NCBI GenBank assembly: GCA_043228905.1 | Contig: JBHGNT010000007.1 | Coordinates: 3,534,001-3,598,000 of the forward strand | Origin: Azolla caroliniana | Lineage: Eukaryota; Plantae; Polypodiophyta | Length of the DNA stretch: 64,000 nucleotides | Direction of reading: 5' to 3' | In this document: in pieces, positions 39,579 to 53,700 of the stretch | Position numbering within the stretch: position 1 is the stretch's first letter | Layout: each line of letters starts with the position of its first letter | The notes under the pieces: model-generated | Told to the model about the DNA's origin: nothing | The model's input: only the letters and a program-made list of their open reading frames with translations | Databases searched by the model: none | Program-made: the position numbers and the translations under genes

Positions 39579-39891
39579 GGGAAAAGTACCCAGATACCCC
39601 TGGAAGTTCATCTATTTACTAGAATGCCCCTGGAAGTTCCAAATTTACCAAACTACCCCTATGTCCAAAAAATTACACTTTATAAAGTAATTATACACTC
39701 AAATCTACAAGCCCTATTTACCAAAGATGGAGGAAATGGACCTGAACTAGCCCTATTTACCAAAGATTTGAGTGTATAATTACTTTATAAAGTGAAATTT
39801 TTTGGACATAGGGGTAGTTTGGTAAATTTGGAACTTCCAGGGGCATTTTGGTAAATAGACGAACTTCCAGGGGTATCCTAGTACTTTTCCC
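39579..39891. mobile_element. Mutator-type foldback MITE
   Basis: Near-perfect TIRs of about 130 bp (GGGAAAAGTAC... / ...GTACTTTTCCC) and a perfect 9-bp TSD TTAAACAAA at 39570-39578 and 39892-39900. Confidence 0.93.
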
Positions 39892-41000
39892 TTAAACAAA
39901 TCATGCCAAAGCTTTTCAGCTCATTCAATAACCCATTAAAAATTTAACAAGGTTTTCACTTAACATTCATTTGTCAATAGGATTGCACCCTCGTATTGTG
40001 CATTTTTTAGCACCATATATGTGCCACAAATTATTGAATAATACTCACATTTGCTCCATGAAATATAACATTATGTTGCCATTATCATCCAACTGACCTC
40101 CCTATGGGTTAATCAGATTTTCATGATCGATACATTTCTCATAGTATTTAACATTTGTTTGATCACACTCAAGCATCATCTTATAGAAAATGGATTGTTG
40201 AAGAACATTCCAACATGACCCACATTTTTCTCATGAAATTCAACATAATGTTCTCACTATAATCTCGAACTTATTATTAGAGAATCCACATTACTATTGC
40301 CTCTAGTAACAACCAATGTCGTGAGCACTCCTAGAGTGGAGAGCAATCACAATGGAAGCAATTTTCAAACTAACCCTTCCAAAACTGCATTTTCTAGCAT
40401 AAAATAGAATGATGTGCATAAAAACATTGTTCATTGTGCTATCGTTTCATTTTACAAGTTCTCAATGAGGGAAAGAAGGCACTTTTTGGTTACGTATCAA
40501 AGTCAAATTCAAACAATGGATCTCAATGTTGGATAATATTGCAACATTTCACCATGTGTAGATGGGCATGGACAGATTAATTGATTTATTTATTCTATGG
40601 TCCAATAAACCCTTATATGCATATTTAACTAGGCTCTCAACACTTTATTTCCATCTATGTGTCTTTATGTGAACCTTGATGCTTTTGAATGACATCCTAT
40701 TCAGCAAGCTCTCCCATAGTGGTGAACGTCTATGATGGAAGTAATGATCGATAAAGAAATAGAACAATGCAACATATAGTGATGTGGATAAAAAGACATA
40801 ATGGACCATGCTAAGTTTTCATCGTAGACTATGTCAAGCGAGGTAAATAACTCACACATTGATCACGTATCAAAGACGAGCTAAATCAAACATGGGCATC
40901 ATTGTTGGATAGTAATATTGCAGCAAATGTATACATGCGGATGGATGAATCGATGGATCCATCTCCTTGTGTATGGTCCAACATAACACATGCATCTCTT

Positions 41001-41044
<44 letters not shown>

Positions 41045-41074
41045 ACCGTCGTCCCGACATTTATGTCCATATCT

Positions 41075-41312
41075 CCCATGTCTTCGTGTCCATCTCTCTC
41101 GTGTCTTCGTGTCCATCTCTCTCATGTCTTCGTGTCCATCTCTCTCGTGTCTTCGTGTCCATCTCTCTCGTGTCTTCGTGTCCATCTCTCTCGTGTCTTC
41201 GTGTCCATCTCTCTCTAGTGTCTTCTTGTCTAATCTCACTTGGTGTCTTCATGACCATTTCTCTTGAGTCTTCTTGTCTAATCTCCCCATTTGTCTTCAT
41301 GTCCATCTCTCT
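41075..41312. repeat. 23-bp minisatellite (GTGTCTTCGTGTCCATCTCTCTC)n
   Basis: About 6 near-perfect copies at 41078-41216, then degenerate copies. Preceded by (CT)n(CA)n. Confidence 0.92.
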
Positions 41313-41357
41313 TTGCTGTTTTCATTATGTGTCCCCTCCAATCCTCTGTAAGAAGGA

Positions 41358-41537
41358 AATGGGAGCTTTTGGAGGAATGGAAAGGAAATCCTTCTTCCTG
41401 CCATAGCCAACGAACTGTAATGGAGCTTTTGGAGGAATGGGAAGGAAATCCTTCTTCCTGCCATAGCCAACCAACAGTAATGGAGCTTTTGGAGGAATGG
41501 AAAGGAAAATCCTTCGTCCAGCCATAGCCAACTAGCT
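41358..41537. repeat. 60-bp tandem repeat x3 upstream of the CLC gene
   Basis: AATGGAGCTTTTGGAGGAATGG(A/G)AAGGAAATCCTTCTTCCTGCCATAGCCAAC is repeated at about 41358, 41419 and 41479. Confidence 0.92.
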
Positions 41538-41700
41538 GTATGAACGAACCAGGCTGTCTGTGCGCTGTGGTGTGTGTAGGGCCTAGGCCACGACGATGGA
41601 GACAGACTGACATACCGGAATCGCTCCATCTCTCTCACACGTCTGAGTGCACACTCACCTTTTCCTTGAATCTCTGCTTCATCATGTCCTCGCAGTGTCG

Positions 41701-44700
41701 ATGAATCTGTGTCTCTCCTTCACATCATCCAGTTTTGTTCCTGGCAAAAATCAAGCGGCACTTTTGAGCAGTATCCACCAATACAAAAGTATGGAAAAGA
41801 ATGGCAATGCTCAGTCTGTAGGCGTGGATCTGGAAAGTCCGTTGCTGCTCCATGGACCTATATCTAAATCGGCATCTCGCAATATGCATGAGCGTGAAGA
41901 AATCTTCAAGGAATCAGACAATGATGATGATGATTACCATTATTCTGATGATGATGAATCTTATGTGAATAATGTCCATGGTAGCATGTCTGATGATGAT
42001 GAATCTCGTGTAAAGGATGTCGATTGTGTACAGAATGTTGATGATGGATGTTGTACAAGGGAAGGATGTAATGTAGACACTGTTTCTAGTGGCCCCACCA
42101 TCGAAAGCCTGGATTATGATCCCATTCACAGTATTGTATATGCTAAGACTGCCAAAAAACCTCAGAAAAGGAAGATTTATGGGTAATCTAATCTATAACC
42201 TTTATATAAAAAGAAAAGGTGATTTTTAGGTGTATGCTAACCTGTTTTGAGAAAAAAAAAATGCTCAGATGGAATGCAAATTAAAACAATTAAATTGAAG
42301 ATAACATATCAAAGAAATTGAATGTTATCAACAAATGAAAGCAATTAGCCTGAAGTCATTATGATTGACAATAGAAGATTTATCAGCGTATCATATTAAA
42401 GCAGTTAGATTGAAGTAATCGTGGGGGATGACAAAAGGTTTAGCGACCTAGTGAATATTTTTTTTAAAATTGAAGGAATCATGATCAACAATAGAAGACA
42501 AATTAAAGCAAGTAATAATGGTTGACAACAGAAGGCTTCCTTAGATTTAGAGATTTGAAGCATTTCTAAACATTGAAGCAATCATGATTAATAATATAAG
42601 TCTTGGATGTTAACTTTCCATCTAACAAAATGTTCCGCGAGTAGAGTCCTATAGATCTGTACTACATTGGGAGATCGTGTAGCACTACATTAGATTTAGG
42701 ATTTGCATTTCCTTACTTTGAGCTTACTACTAGTATTAGCTAGAATGAAGGAAATAAGAGGATGCATGGTAAATGCACCAAGTGGGTAGCCATCCCTTAC
42801 GTATCCATTTGTGCATATAAATACAATTGTTTTGATTCCTTGTTTATTCTCTACATAGAGTTAATCCAATTTGGTTATCATGTTATATGTGGTCCTCATG
42901 GTGGCCATTCTCTCTTCTGCATATAGGTATTCTGGAATCACTTTCACCAAATGGACTCTAACTATACTTATCGGAGCCATAGTTGGTGAGTATGTTGTCC
43001 CCAACACTAGATGGGTAAGATTGTGTATAATATATATAGACCCCGAACCGATGGTGAGGGGTTGTTCTAATCATGATGTTAGAAAACAAAACTCATGACC
43101 ATCGGGCATATGACAACATTTGTAATGTCCATGTTAGGGGTAATATGACAATATTAGAATAAGCTCATAGATTTCATTGATTAAGTTTCGACTAGTTGTG
43201 TAGGTTATCACTATCGAGAGTTAACTACTCTGTAAAAATGTTGTCACTCACTTTATATCCCAATTTGTGATTTCATTGGCATTGGTATAGAATTCTCAAT
43301 CCTTGGGCAGGGTTGCGGAAATCAAAGATTTAGTGACGGTCTTGGTATGGCTCACTCCATTGTGTTTACTGTTTTGGGATGACAATGCAATTGAAGTGAA
43401 TGGGCTTTACAATGAGCGTGTAACCTTAGATCCTTCACGTTTGACTTGATCCCACCTAGAAAACCTTAACATTACAAAGCAAAGACATTTTTACCAACTC
43501 ACCACAATATTTATACATTGAAAGGTAGAATTGTAACAATTTCTGTTGGGCGTAGTAAATGAAACATTTTCGGACAAAAATGCAATGTATATAAACAAAC
43601 TTGAACCCAAAACCTTCACGTGATAAAGTATTAAACTTTAGTATTAATTACAACATGAGTGATGTTTATGCATGTAATTTATGGCTACAATTTCCTCTGC
43701 ATATTATACACATAAGTATGTGAAGGCAATGAAATGCTTTTCACAAATGTGCTTCAGCACGTACTGCTTTGGTCAGAGGTTCGAGCCTCCTCCCTTTCTT
43801 TATTTGAAAAGCAATTTGAAACTTTTTGAATGTCGAGATTATTGGGAAATGATTTAGATGGATGCTGCTACTCCTCCCTCAGCCATGCTTCTGTTTTCTT
43901 CTCTGCTCAGGCTATGGAAACCAAACTGCAATCTTCTGAACGACAAAGCCAAGTTGTTACCAAGAAATAATATTCCCTGAATTCGTTTTCATTCCTTCTT
44001 TCACAGGATGCATAGCATATTGTATATCATATTTCCAGGGACTTATAATAGATTACAAAGTAAGTACTTTTGAGGATCAGGATATATTTGTTTTATTATT
44101 ATTCATTTTCTTTCTCTGAAACATTCCCAAATATGCTTAGATGTTTGTTAGCTTTTGTGCAGAGGACGTGGACACAGAGTACGATAGAACATGGGCTTTG
44201 GATTTCCTTCATAGGCTATGCAGGTTTTAGTATTATGCTGGTTACTCTGTCAAGCTGTTTAGTATTATTTTGGGCTCCAGCTGCATCTGGTGGTGGGGTA
44301 TGCAATGTTTATTCTTTTATGAGCCTAAGGTTACTTTAAACACATACACACATAATATGTATATATATTATGTACATATGCATATGTCACAAGTATATAT
44401 TTGTTAATGTTCATATGTTGCAGGTAACACTTGTCATGGCTTATCTGAATGGCAATGAGATTCCTGATCTCTTAGGAGTGAGGACACTTGTGACAAAGGT
44501 CTTTATCGACATTAAATTGATTGACCCACTTGAGTCTTTAAACATGCCATATCTGGAGTTCGAATGAAAATATTTGTTTTTTTTTGTTTTCTTATAGATC
44601 TTGGGAACAATATGTACGATATCTTCTGGATTGCCTGTAAGTTCAAAATTTCACTAGTATGTAGATTTCAATTACTATAATGGTGTGTTATCAAAGTCAA

Positions 44701-47700
44701 AAACTGTTGTCTCTGAAGTAGCTCCTGATATATATTTCTGAATCTGCTTGTAGAAACAAACTTAACTAAATTTACTTGAAATGAGCACTTACTTAGCTTG
44801 TTTTTGTAAGAAACAAACTCTTCTCTATGGAGTAGAAACGCGGGGACAAAGTCTTAACAGGTCAAATAAGTAAAAAGATTTAGAGAGACCGTTAGTCTCA
44901 ATGATTGCATGCATGATAAGGATCAAAGCATCGGTGTCCAATGATATAATCCGGGCAAGGATGGTAGCAGCCCCAATAATCATCAAGGCATTATTTTGAT
45001 CAATGACATGTATCAAATGGCTTTAGGTACTCAAGGTTGCACTTATTTCGTAAAAACATGGATATATCCATCAAAACTTGGTGAACATGGAAATCTTCAT
45101 TGTTGGTATGCTGAAATGCAACAATGGTTCGAGTCACATGGCATAAGTGTAAATGCGCTACCCTTGTTTGAATATAGCTTAAGTTCCCCCCATGTAAACA
45201 TGGTCAAAGTGGAAAACAATAGAGTGATCTGAACTGATACATAAACCAGATACTGTGGATCAACCCCAAAATACCTGGTAGGAAGATGGCCCACCATAAG
45301 GCACTTTTTACACATTGAAGGATGGATTCACCATCATGGCATCCTATATGGACATACATCTATCCTAAGAGCTGCACAATTTGACAGGGTAGCTGCGAAC
45401 TTCATCACATTAGTCAGAGATTGAGGTAGGCAGATATGAAATACCTCTAGAAGAAAGAATTTGCCAATTGTGTCATTAGGGAGTGGAATTTGAAGAACAC
45501 TATGTTTGTCCTTGTAGTGTTTTTTATGAAGTAAGAGAGATACCATTGCCTCTTTAAGCAAAGGTTTTGGCAAATCAATCAAGGGCTACACAAATGGGCT
45601 CCCAACCAGGACATTACAAAGGGGTTACAATAGATTCAGCAATTGCAATTTGTCGTGCATGTAGGCCTTAAACCCATGGACCACGATCTCACCATCCTTG
45701 TCATTGAAATTAATGCAATTATCTCCCACCATCACAAGTGCTTCCCTCACTTTGGAGACCTCTTCATTCTGAATCGACCTATAATAGAGATCTTTCGAAG
45801 AAAAAAATTACAATACATTTGACTTAGAGAATCTTACATATACCGATAACAAGATATTTTAGTCACTTTTTATCCTATTTAAGTTTTTTTACCCTGTGAC
45901 ATTTATTTTGGTTTATTGTTCTCAAAAGTGAGACAAAAATTAAGATGTAATCTCTTGTTTGGTCTTGTAAAAGACTTTACTATATCTTTTTTAATCATTT
46001 ATTCATTCATATTGTCAAACTTCCAACCAAGATTTAACAATGTCTTCCACCACCATCTTTTTGGGTCAACTCAGTCCTGGTTGTCTGGTTGTTGGCTGTT
46101 TGTACATGAATTTCTTTCTTTCTTTCTACTTGAATACAAACCCTATGATTGTGCATGTCTCAGGAAGATCATTGTCAAATGCCTTATGTAGGCTTCTAAT
46201 GCATTGTGTTCACACAACAAACTTGCCAGCAGAACGAATGATGAAACATGAAAAAAATGCATCGTCATTGTCATTGTATTAGATCACTTATAAAATCTGC
46301 TTTAGAAATTCACTCCACCATTGTGGAAAATTTGCCCCAAATTTGGAATTGTTTTTTGACACGATGCTTGAGATTATTCCACAGGAACAACAAAGTTTGT
46401 AAGTTGCTCACATGACATTTTGGCCTCTAATATAAATGTGCTTTAGTATGCTCAATGTTGACATTGAAAGAAGTCTGTTTGAGATGTTTCTAAATTAACA
46501 GGGGAAAGATTTTGGAATCTCACTATTAAGGATCATTTTATAGTAGGCGAGACCTCTTTTGTAGTCTTAAAATCCTTTTGTACCTGTAACCTCAACTGCA
46601 GCTAGCAAGTGTGCATAGGTATTTAGTCCCGACTAAAGCTATTATTCTTATCTTGAAATAGTTGGGCATCAAGCATAAAGTTCTGATGTATGATGCTCTT
46701 TTTCTGGGTAAGGCCCATGCCTGGATTCATAGATTCGTTATAAAAGTGACTGATTCTATGTTAGATCTATCAACTCTCTCTGGTGACATATAGTTCTCTA
46801 TCGAGAATGCTATTATGTTGGCGAATTTAAATATAGGACTCAGTATAGGATTAGTGTACCTCAGTTGGTTAATATAGCCTATAGAGCATTATCAAGCCAA
46901 CGTATGATGAAATATAGAAGATTTATCTAAGAATATTTGATGTCTATATCAATGGTTTCATTTAGGCCAGTCCTTTAAATTTCTGGACAGATTGGTCAAG
47001 AAGGTCCTATGGTGCATGTTGGTGCAGCTGTTGCTTCTACTTTAACATGGTTGCACTGTGGTTTTGATTCATTCAAGAAACACAAGTCAGCTTCTTCCAC
47101 AGGATGCTTTGGAAATCCCTTACCATTTGTGAGCTGTGCCCCATTATCAATTATTTATTTTCAATCTTAAATATTTAAAATTAATTTCCAACATTGAAAA
47201 TATAACCAGGGTATTTATAACGATAAAGATCGTCGCGAATTCATCTCAGCTGGGGCTGCAGCAGGGTAATGAACTTGACATCATGGTGCTGCTATACAGA
47301 GTTCCTTTTTGTTATTTTTAATTTCATTTTTTGTAGCTTGGCAGCAGCATTTGGAGCACCTGTTGGTGGTGTTCTTTATTCATTAGAGGAAGCTTCAAGC
47401 TTTTGGTCCAGGAAGGTAGAAGTGCATTCTGGAAGTCAGACATTTTACAAACTGTAATATAGAAACATGATGGGAAATCAATTTCAGGTTATGTGGCGAT
47501 CATTAGTATGTACGACTGTTGCAGCATTGATGTTGTCATGGCTGTCACAGAGGTGTGTGCAGTCCAGCAAAATTTATAGTTAGATATGCTGCATTTTATT
47601 AATGATTTGGTTGCTAAAACCTTACATTCAGAAGTGTACCCATTATTATACAGAGCATTCTCATTCTCTCTTCCTGGAACATTATCACTCAAAGGACTCG

Positions 47701-50700
47701 AGGTTAATCCAAATTTCTTTATTTGTCTCTTTTATTTTATGCATGACTTTTAGGGTTTTATATTCTTAGAAATAATTTATTTTTTCTTTGGCAGCCTGAT
47801 TTTTCCATTTATGATTTACCACTATTCATAATTACAAGTATTGGTGCTGGATTTCTTGGGGCATTGGTGAACATTTCTCATAGGTGGTTGGGTTGGATAA
47901 GGCCATCCGCTTCACACCGTCTTGCAAGGTGTACTATCTTAGTAATGAACAAAAGACATTTCATACGCTGTCTCTCTCTTAGTGTTCTTTTTTCCTGTTT
48001 GTAGGATACTAGAGGCCTGTATTCTCACATTGCTTTGTGTATCTGTAATCTTCACTTTGCCTTTGTTCTTTGGACATTGTCAAGAACTTCCAGAAGAGTA
48101 AGTTGAATTTCAAGTACCAGACTCAAGGCCTAGGTTCCTGGATTTATATATTGTTTTCCTTTTTGTTAACATTCTGTAATTTGCAAACATGACCTGTAAA
48201 CAGTTACAGTGACACGGACTTCTGGTTTACCTACAACTGTGAACAGGGTTCGGAGGGGAAAGTATACAATGATTTGGCAACTTTGTTCTTTTCAGTTCCA
48301 CATGAGGTGCATAACTTATCTGCTCTATGATACCACAGTAACTGTTTGTTGTTAAGATGCTGGATCTGGTTCAATGAATTAATTATCTTTTCACTTATGT
48401 CATTACATATTGATGAAGAGAGCTAGAGAAAAGATAGAGAAGAGAAGAAGAAGATATAAGAATGGTATATTATACTATTAAGGGAACAATACAAACTTCT
48501 TAGACTCCAAATACAAATACAACTCCATAGAACCCCTTTTCTTTCTATGATTCTAAATGACAATAGACTTTCCTTCTTCCTGCCCTCTTCTACCAAGCCC
48601 CTTCTCACATCTTGTAGACCTTGTATTCTTCTTTTTTCCTTCTCCCTATGGCTAAGAAAACCCTCCTCTTTATAGACATGATTCTATGTGAGGCGTTTTT
48701 TATACCACTATTTCGCCTGTTTAATCCCAAATTTGTCATACAAGATATGTTTGGAAACCTCTTGTTTTCATCTTTTTTATGCATCTTTTCTTTCGCAATT
48801 TAGATATCGGATGAAGAAGTGATGAGCTTTTTTATCTATCTAATCTTCATATCCATGCCTCGCTTTTTTCTACTTCTGAAAAATGCCTCTAACTTTATCC
48901 CTTCAAGTTCCTTCTTTCTTTGATTGTTATGATACTTGAACCTTTCATATGACGCTTTATTCTTGGACATCTTAGCATCCAACAATTTGCAACAATCTTT
49001 TCTCATGAACAAAAACTGATTTCACACATCTAAAAGGAGTTCACCTCTCTATGATACCCCAGTAATGCTTTTGTAGCTAAGATTTTGGTCATTGGATGTG
49101 AAAGGAATTCGCCTTTCTATGATATCTCAGTAAGACTTCTGCAGTTAAGATGTTGAGTCAACTCCCTTCTGTTCTTGGAAGACCTAAGCAATGAACAAGT
49201 TTGCTCAGTAATGAGTAGCAGTATTTCATTTTTTAGTGGATTTGAAACTTCAACTATTTGACCAAGCAGACAATCACACATCTTCTGCAACTTGGGAGTT
49301 CAACTGATACATACTTCACCGTCAGAAGCCTGTCAATATATGCATGCTCTTTCTTCCTACAGTTCATTCTTTCCTATGGTGTAGCCACTCCTGGTGGTAT
49401 CTTCATGCCCTCGATGATGGTGAGTGCATCTGAAAATACAATGTATTCTTTTCAATGCATGGTCCTAATTTTTCGTGCACTAACCTCAGGTTGGAGCATC
49501 ATTTGGATCATTGATTGGGACTGTCTTCAAGAATATTTTCCCAACGTATCAATTTTAAAAATAAATAAATATATGAAACCAGACGAAAACTGTTTGTGAC
49601 AATTTGGTTTAATGGCAGGGCAAATATCCAACCCGGGCTTCATGCTCTAATAGGTGCAACATCTATGCTTGGTGGGCTCTTTCGCTCCACAATATCCTTG
49701 GTATGTCTAACTGCTGTTTCATCATCCTACGTCTGGGTGCTAACTTTGGGCAATTACTATTTCTTTATTTCTTAATGTCACATAGTTTTGTGTATTTTGC
49801 ATATTCAAAGAGAATCTATGCATTTGTTATATTCCTAGTGATATGCATCTCTGGAACAAATCTGGGTTTCATAGGACATGAGCTCATGTATAGGACCTTA
49901 TATTTTGCTCACTATCATTAACAAACTGAAATTAAGGTGATACCTATCCTCCTGTCACATTGTTTTCTGTATTTTGCATATTTAAAGACAAGTTATTCAT
50001 CAGTATATTGCTAGTGATATGACTTTGTAGCACAAATCTGTATTGCGCAAAGGAAACAGCTTAAACATCAAAGAAATTAGATGATTTGTCTCCAATGTTC
50101 CCCGGGAAAATAAGTTTCAACTTGAAAATGAACCTTTTAATTCAATCTTACTAAAGGCTTCTTCAAAGTCCAAAGCTCTGGGCATTGATAGCATGTTTTA
50201 AAAGTGGGTGATCCCTTATTGGTTCAGATTTCGGACTATTATTGGAAGGCCCCAAAATTGAGGCAATATGTGTGATGCATTCTTGCAGCAGTTTGATTTT
50301 TTTACTCATTATAATTTCATACAATTTCTAAAATGGTCTATTGTGAAAAAATAGTATACAATTCGCAAGATTTGCCATATTTTAGCAATACATCTCTGAA
50401 ATGGGTTACTAAGATGAGATATCATTGGTCTGTTGCAAAAATGTAGTATACAATGTTTTGAAGGGGCCTTGTCGCGTACTTTATTATTTTTCATTCGAAG
50501 TATTGCCTTATTGACAAATAGATCTGCTAAAGAAGTTTCTAAGGTAGGATATCTGCACTTCTTTTTGTTTGAAATTGTCAAAATATTTTGACCTTTGCAT
50601 TAAGTTTATGGGAGTTATTCAATACATTGTATGCGGACTGCTAATTTGTTGTACAATGATGGTTGATTCTCTTTGATATGGAAAAGTGGTGTATTCATTT

Positions 50701-53700
50701 GTGGAATGCTGTAGTAAATCACAAAGGCCATAATTTCATCTTTAAGAAGGTAATATGACATGTGACTATATATTTCTAGCATTGAGGCGTATGCATGATC
50801 ATTCTTTGCAAATATTCAAATACATAACAAGCTATATTTTTCCATAAGATAATTTGTGTGTGAATCAGTTTAACTGATTTAGTAGATATTCCTATTAAGT
50901 TTGGAATTGAATCTAGGGCTTAGATTTTGCATGCATGCTCATCTTACCTGTACCTGAAATTGTATGCATGTTTTTAGTGCACCACGGAGTGGGAACTCAT
51001 GCAAAAAAGTCAGTCAGAACTGAAACAACTTTAATCAAATTTTTTTGATCTGGTTCGATTGAAAATTAAGGAAATTACTAAAAGGCCTGTGTCTGTTGTA
51101 GAAGTACGCACAGCTGATTAATGGCTCAAACCTGCCAACTAACTGCCTTTTGTGTGGTCGCCTTAAAGTCATATGGGAGTTATCAGGTCAACTGAGCTAA
51201 TGGCCTGTCGCATGGGCCTCCCTTGTCAAAAACTTAGGTTCTGAGAATGTGAAGATTAGAGTTTTCAACAAGAGAGCCAGTAATGTGAGATCTTATGGGT
51301 CCACATAGAAGCTTTGTTGACTCTGAAATGTTCAAGAATATAAAGAACCTAAAGTTGCGGTCGGATTTGGGGCCAATATTTGTACTTGTCTATATTTTCT
51401 CAACTCTTTACTAATCACAATCTTCGTATCCTGTCTTATTTATAAACATTTGGATTGATAATATTAAGAATGGTTTCCTGAAGACTTCACTAGGAGGACC
51501 TTCCTCTCGCTTCATCTCTATGATTGTAAGAGATCAGATTTGACTGTGCACCATAGGAATTGTTGTGAAGCTTGAACTATTAATCATTAGGCCCACCTCT
51601 CTGACATAGTTTTCTCCTATAAGGCATTGAAAACGAGTTTTGAAGCTAACATCAGTTCTTTTTTATTTCGTTCAGGTGGTTATTGTAGTTGAAGGTACCG
51701 GAAACATTGAATTTTTAATTCCAATTATACTTGCTATTGTAATCTCCAATTGGATCAGTCATCATATCCATGCTGTTGGTGCGTATGAAGCAGACTTGGA
51801 ATCATTAGGTATGGCCTTATATAGACTTTAGTTCAGCCTGTTTCAAATCTCAAAAGAGAATTTTTAGGTATTGGGAAACTATTTGAAAAGATAAACTTGT
51901 TGTAGGCAACATACATTTTTTGCACAGTGAACCTCCACACGAACTCATCTCATTAAAAGCTGTTGATATCATGGCTTCAAATGTTATTGGATTTCCGGAG
52001 GTAATCTATTGAGTACCTTTAATCCAGAAGTATGCGCTCAAAGTATATTACTTATAGTAATGATTTATTCAGATTGTACCTGTATCAGAAGTTGTAAAGG
52101 TTCTACAGAGCAATCAACACAATGGGTTTCCAGTCTTCCGATGTTCAGGAGATAAAAAGTTTGCCAGAAAAGGGAAGTTAGTGGGATTAATCCTTAGACA
52201 TCAACTTCTTGTTCAATTGGAACAAAGATCTTTTCTTCAAGTTATTCCCAATACCCTCAATGATTACAATCTCATGCGACAAGTCCACGTAGGAAAGAAG
52301 GCGTTGGAAGAACTACAGATTCTCGAAAATAAAATGCGAGTCTACCATTATTCTCATAATCCTCATCATAGAGGTCTCTCATCACTTCCAGAAGCAGTGA
52401 ACAAATTGAGATTAGATGGGATAGGAGAATTGCAAAATACAGAGGATTTAAAAGGATCTGATACAATCAAAAGGATAGATGCCCTTGATCTGAGGCCATT
52501 CATGAATCGTGCTCCATTGACTGTAAGCAAAAGAAAGTCTGCTCTTTCTCACTCCTATAGCATAGCGTTGATCTTTAAAAGACTGATATATGATATACAA
52601 AAAAAGAAAATTTTGAGATAGCATTTTGTGGTTCTCAGTAACTGCTCTTGAAACACAGATATGAAACGCCATTTCATGATGCCTCACTCTGTTAATCTCA
52701 ACAATGTTTCCTTTGAACATTGAGCACCTTCTATTTGGAATTGGCAATGGTTCAGTTTCGGCTTAACCGGTTTGGCATTGTCCAAGCCAAACAGGTTAAG
52801 GCTTAACCAGTTTGGGGGAGTTCAAACTTGAACCAAGCCGAACCGAACCAATTTCCAAACTGGCTAGTGAATTTTTTGTTTAATTTTTGCTTTTTTCCCC
52901 TCTTTCTCAGTTTTTGGGACTGTGTGGCTGTGACACCTTTACTTATCTCTCTTCCCTATCTCTCCCTCTCTCTCTAATCAATTGAAAAGTATATAAATGG
53001 CTTAACTGGTTAGCTGGTTAAGCATGGCTCAAGCCAAACCAAACCCGCTGAACCTTTTAACAACAGTTTAACGGTCCGGTTTAGGCTTGAGGCGACCATT
53101 GCCGACTCCTACCTTCTATTACAAGTTCAAGATAGATTTATCCCGTTACCTTGGTAGATCATATGATTTTAATATATCATGTTTTGGTCCAAAAACTGAT
53201 TTCATGAAAGTGTTATTTCAGGTCTGTGGTGAATGCTCAGCCCAGCGAGTCTATGTCATATTTCGAACTCTGGGACTTCGACACTTGTGTGTAATAGATG
53301 CAAGTAACAAGTATGTTATTCTTACCATTTAGACAATTTTAAACACAGATTTAGCCTCCAAACACATATCATTGCACATATCAACTTTATTATGCACTGT
53401 GATAAAATAAAACAGATCAAATTCATCCCTTTAGATGTTATTATGCTTCCATAGGCTTGGACCACATCTGAGAATTTGTTTGTATCAAGAGGATCTACGT
53501 TTTTGGGAAAAAATCTGAAATTCCCTTGAATTTTGTTTCCCTAAATGTGCTATTTGGGCAAGTAATGGTCAAATCATCCCTTTTCCTTGATCATGTGTTA
53601 GCTGGGCAATTATACTGTCAATTCATTTCCCTTTTTATTTCTTTCTAGGGTTAACAAACATGTTTAGGTAAATAAAGAAAGACCCGGGGTTGTTTTGGAG

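Noticed and set aside
40886-41638. Repetitive ORFs (ERWTRRH..., MELLEEW...) and a CRISPR-like appearance
   Set aside because: These are contiguous tandem repeats without unique spacers, in eukaryotic DNA with no cas genes. The ORFs are by-products.
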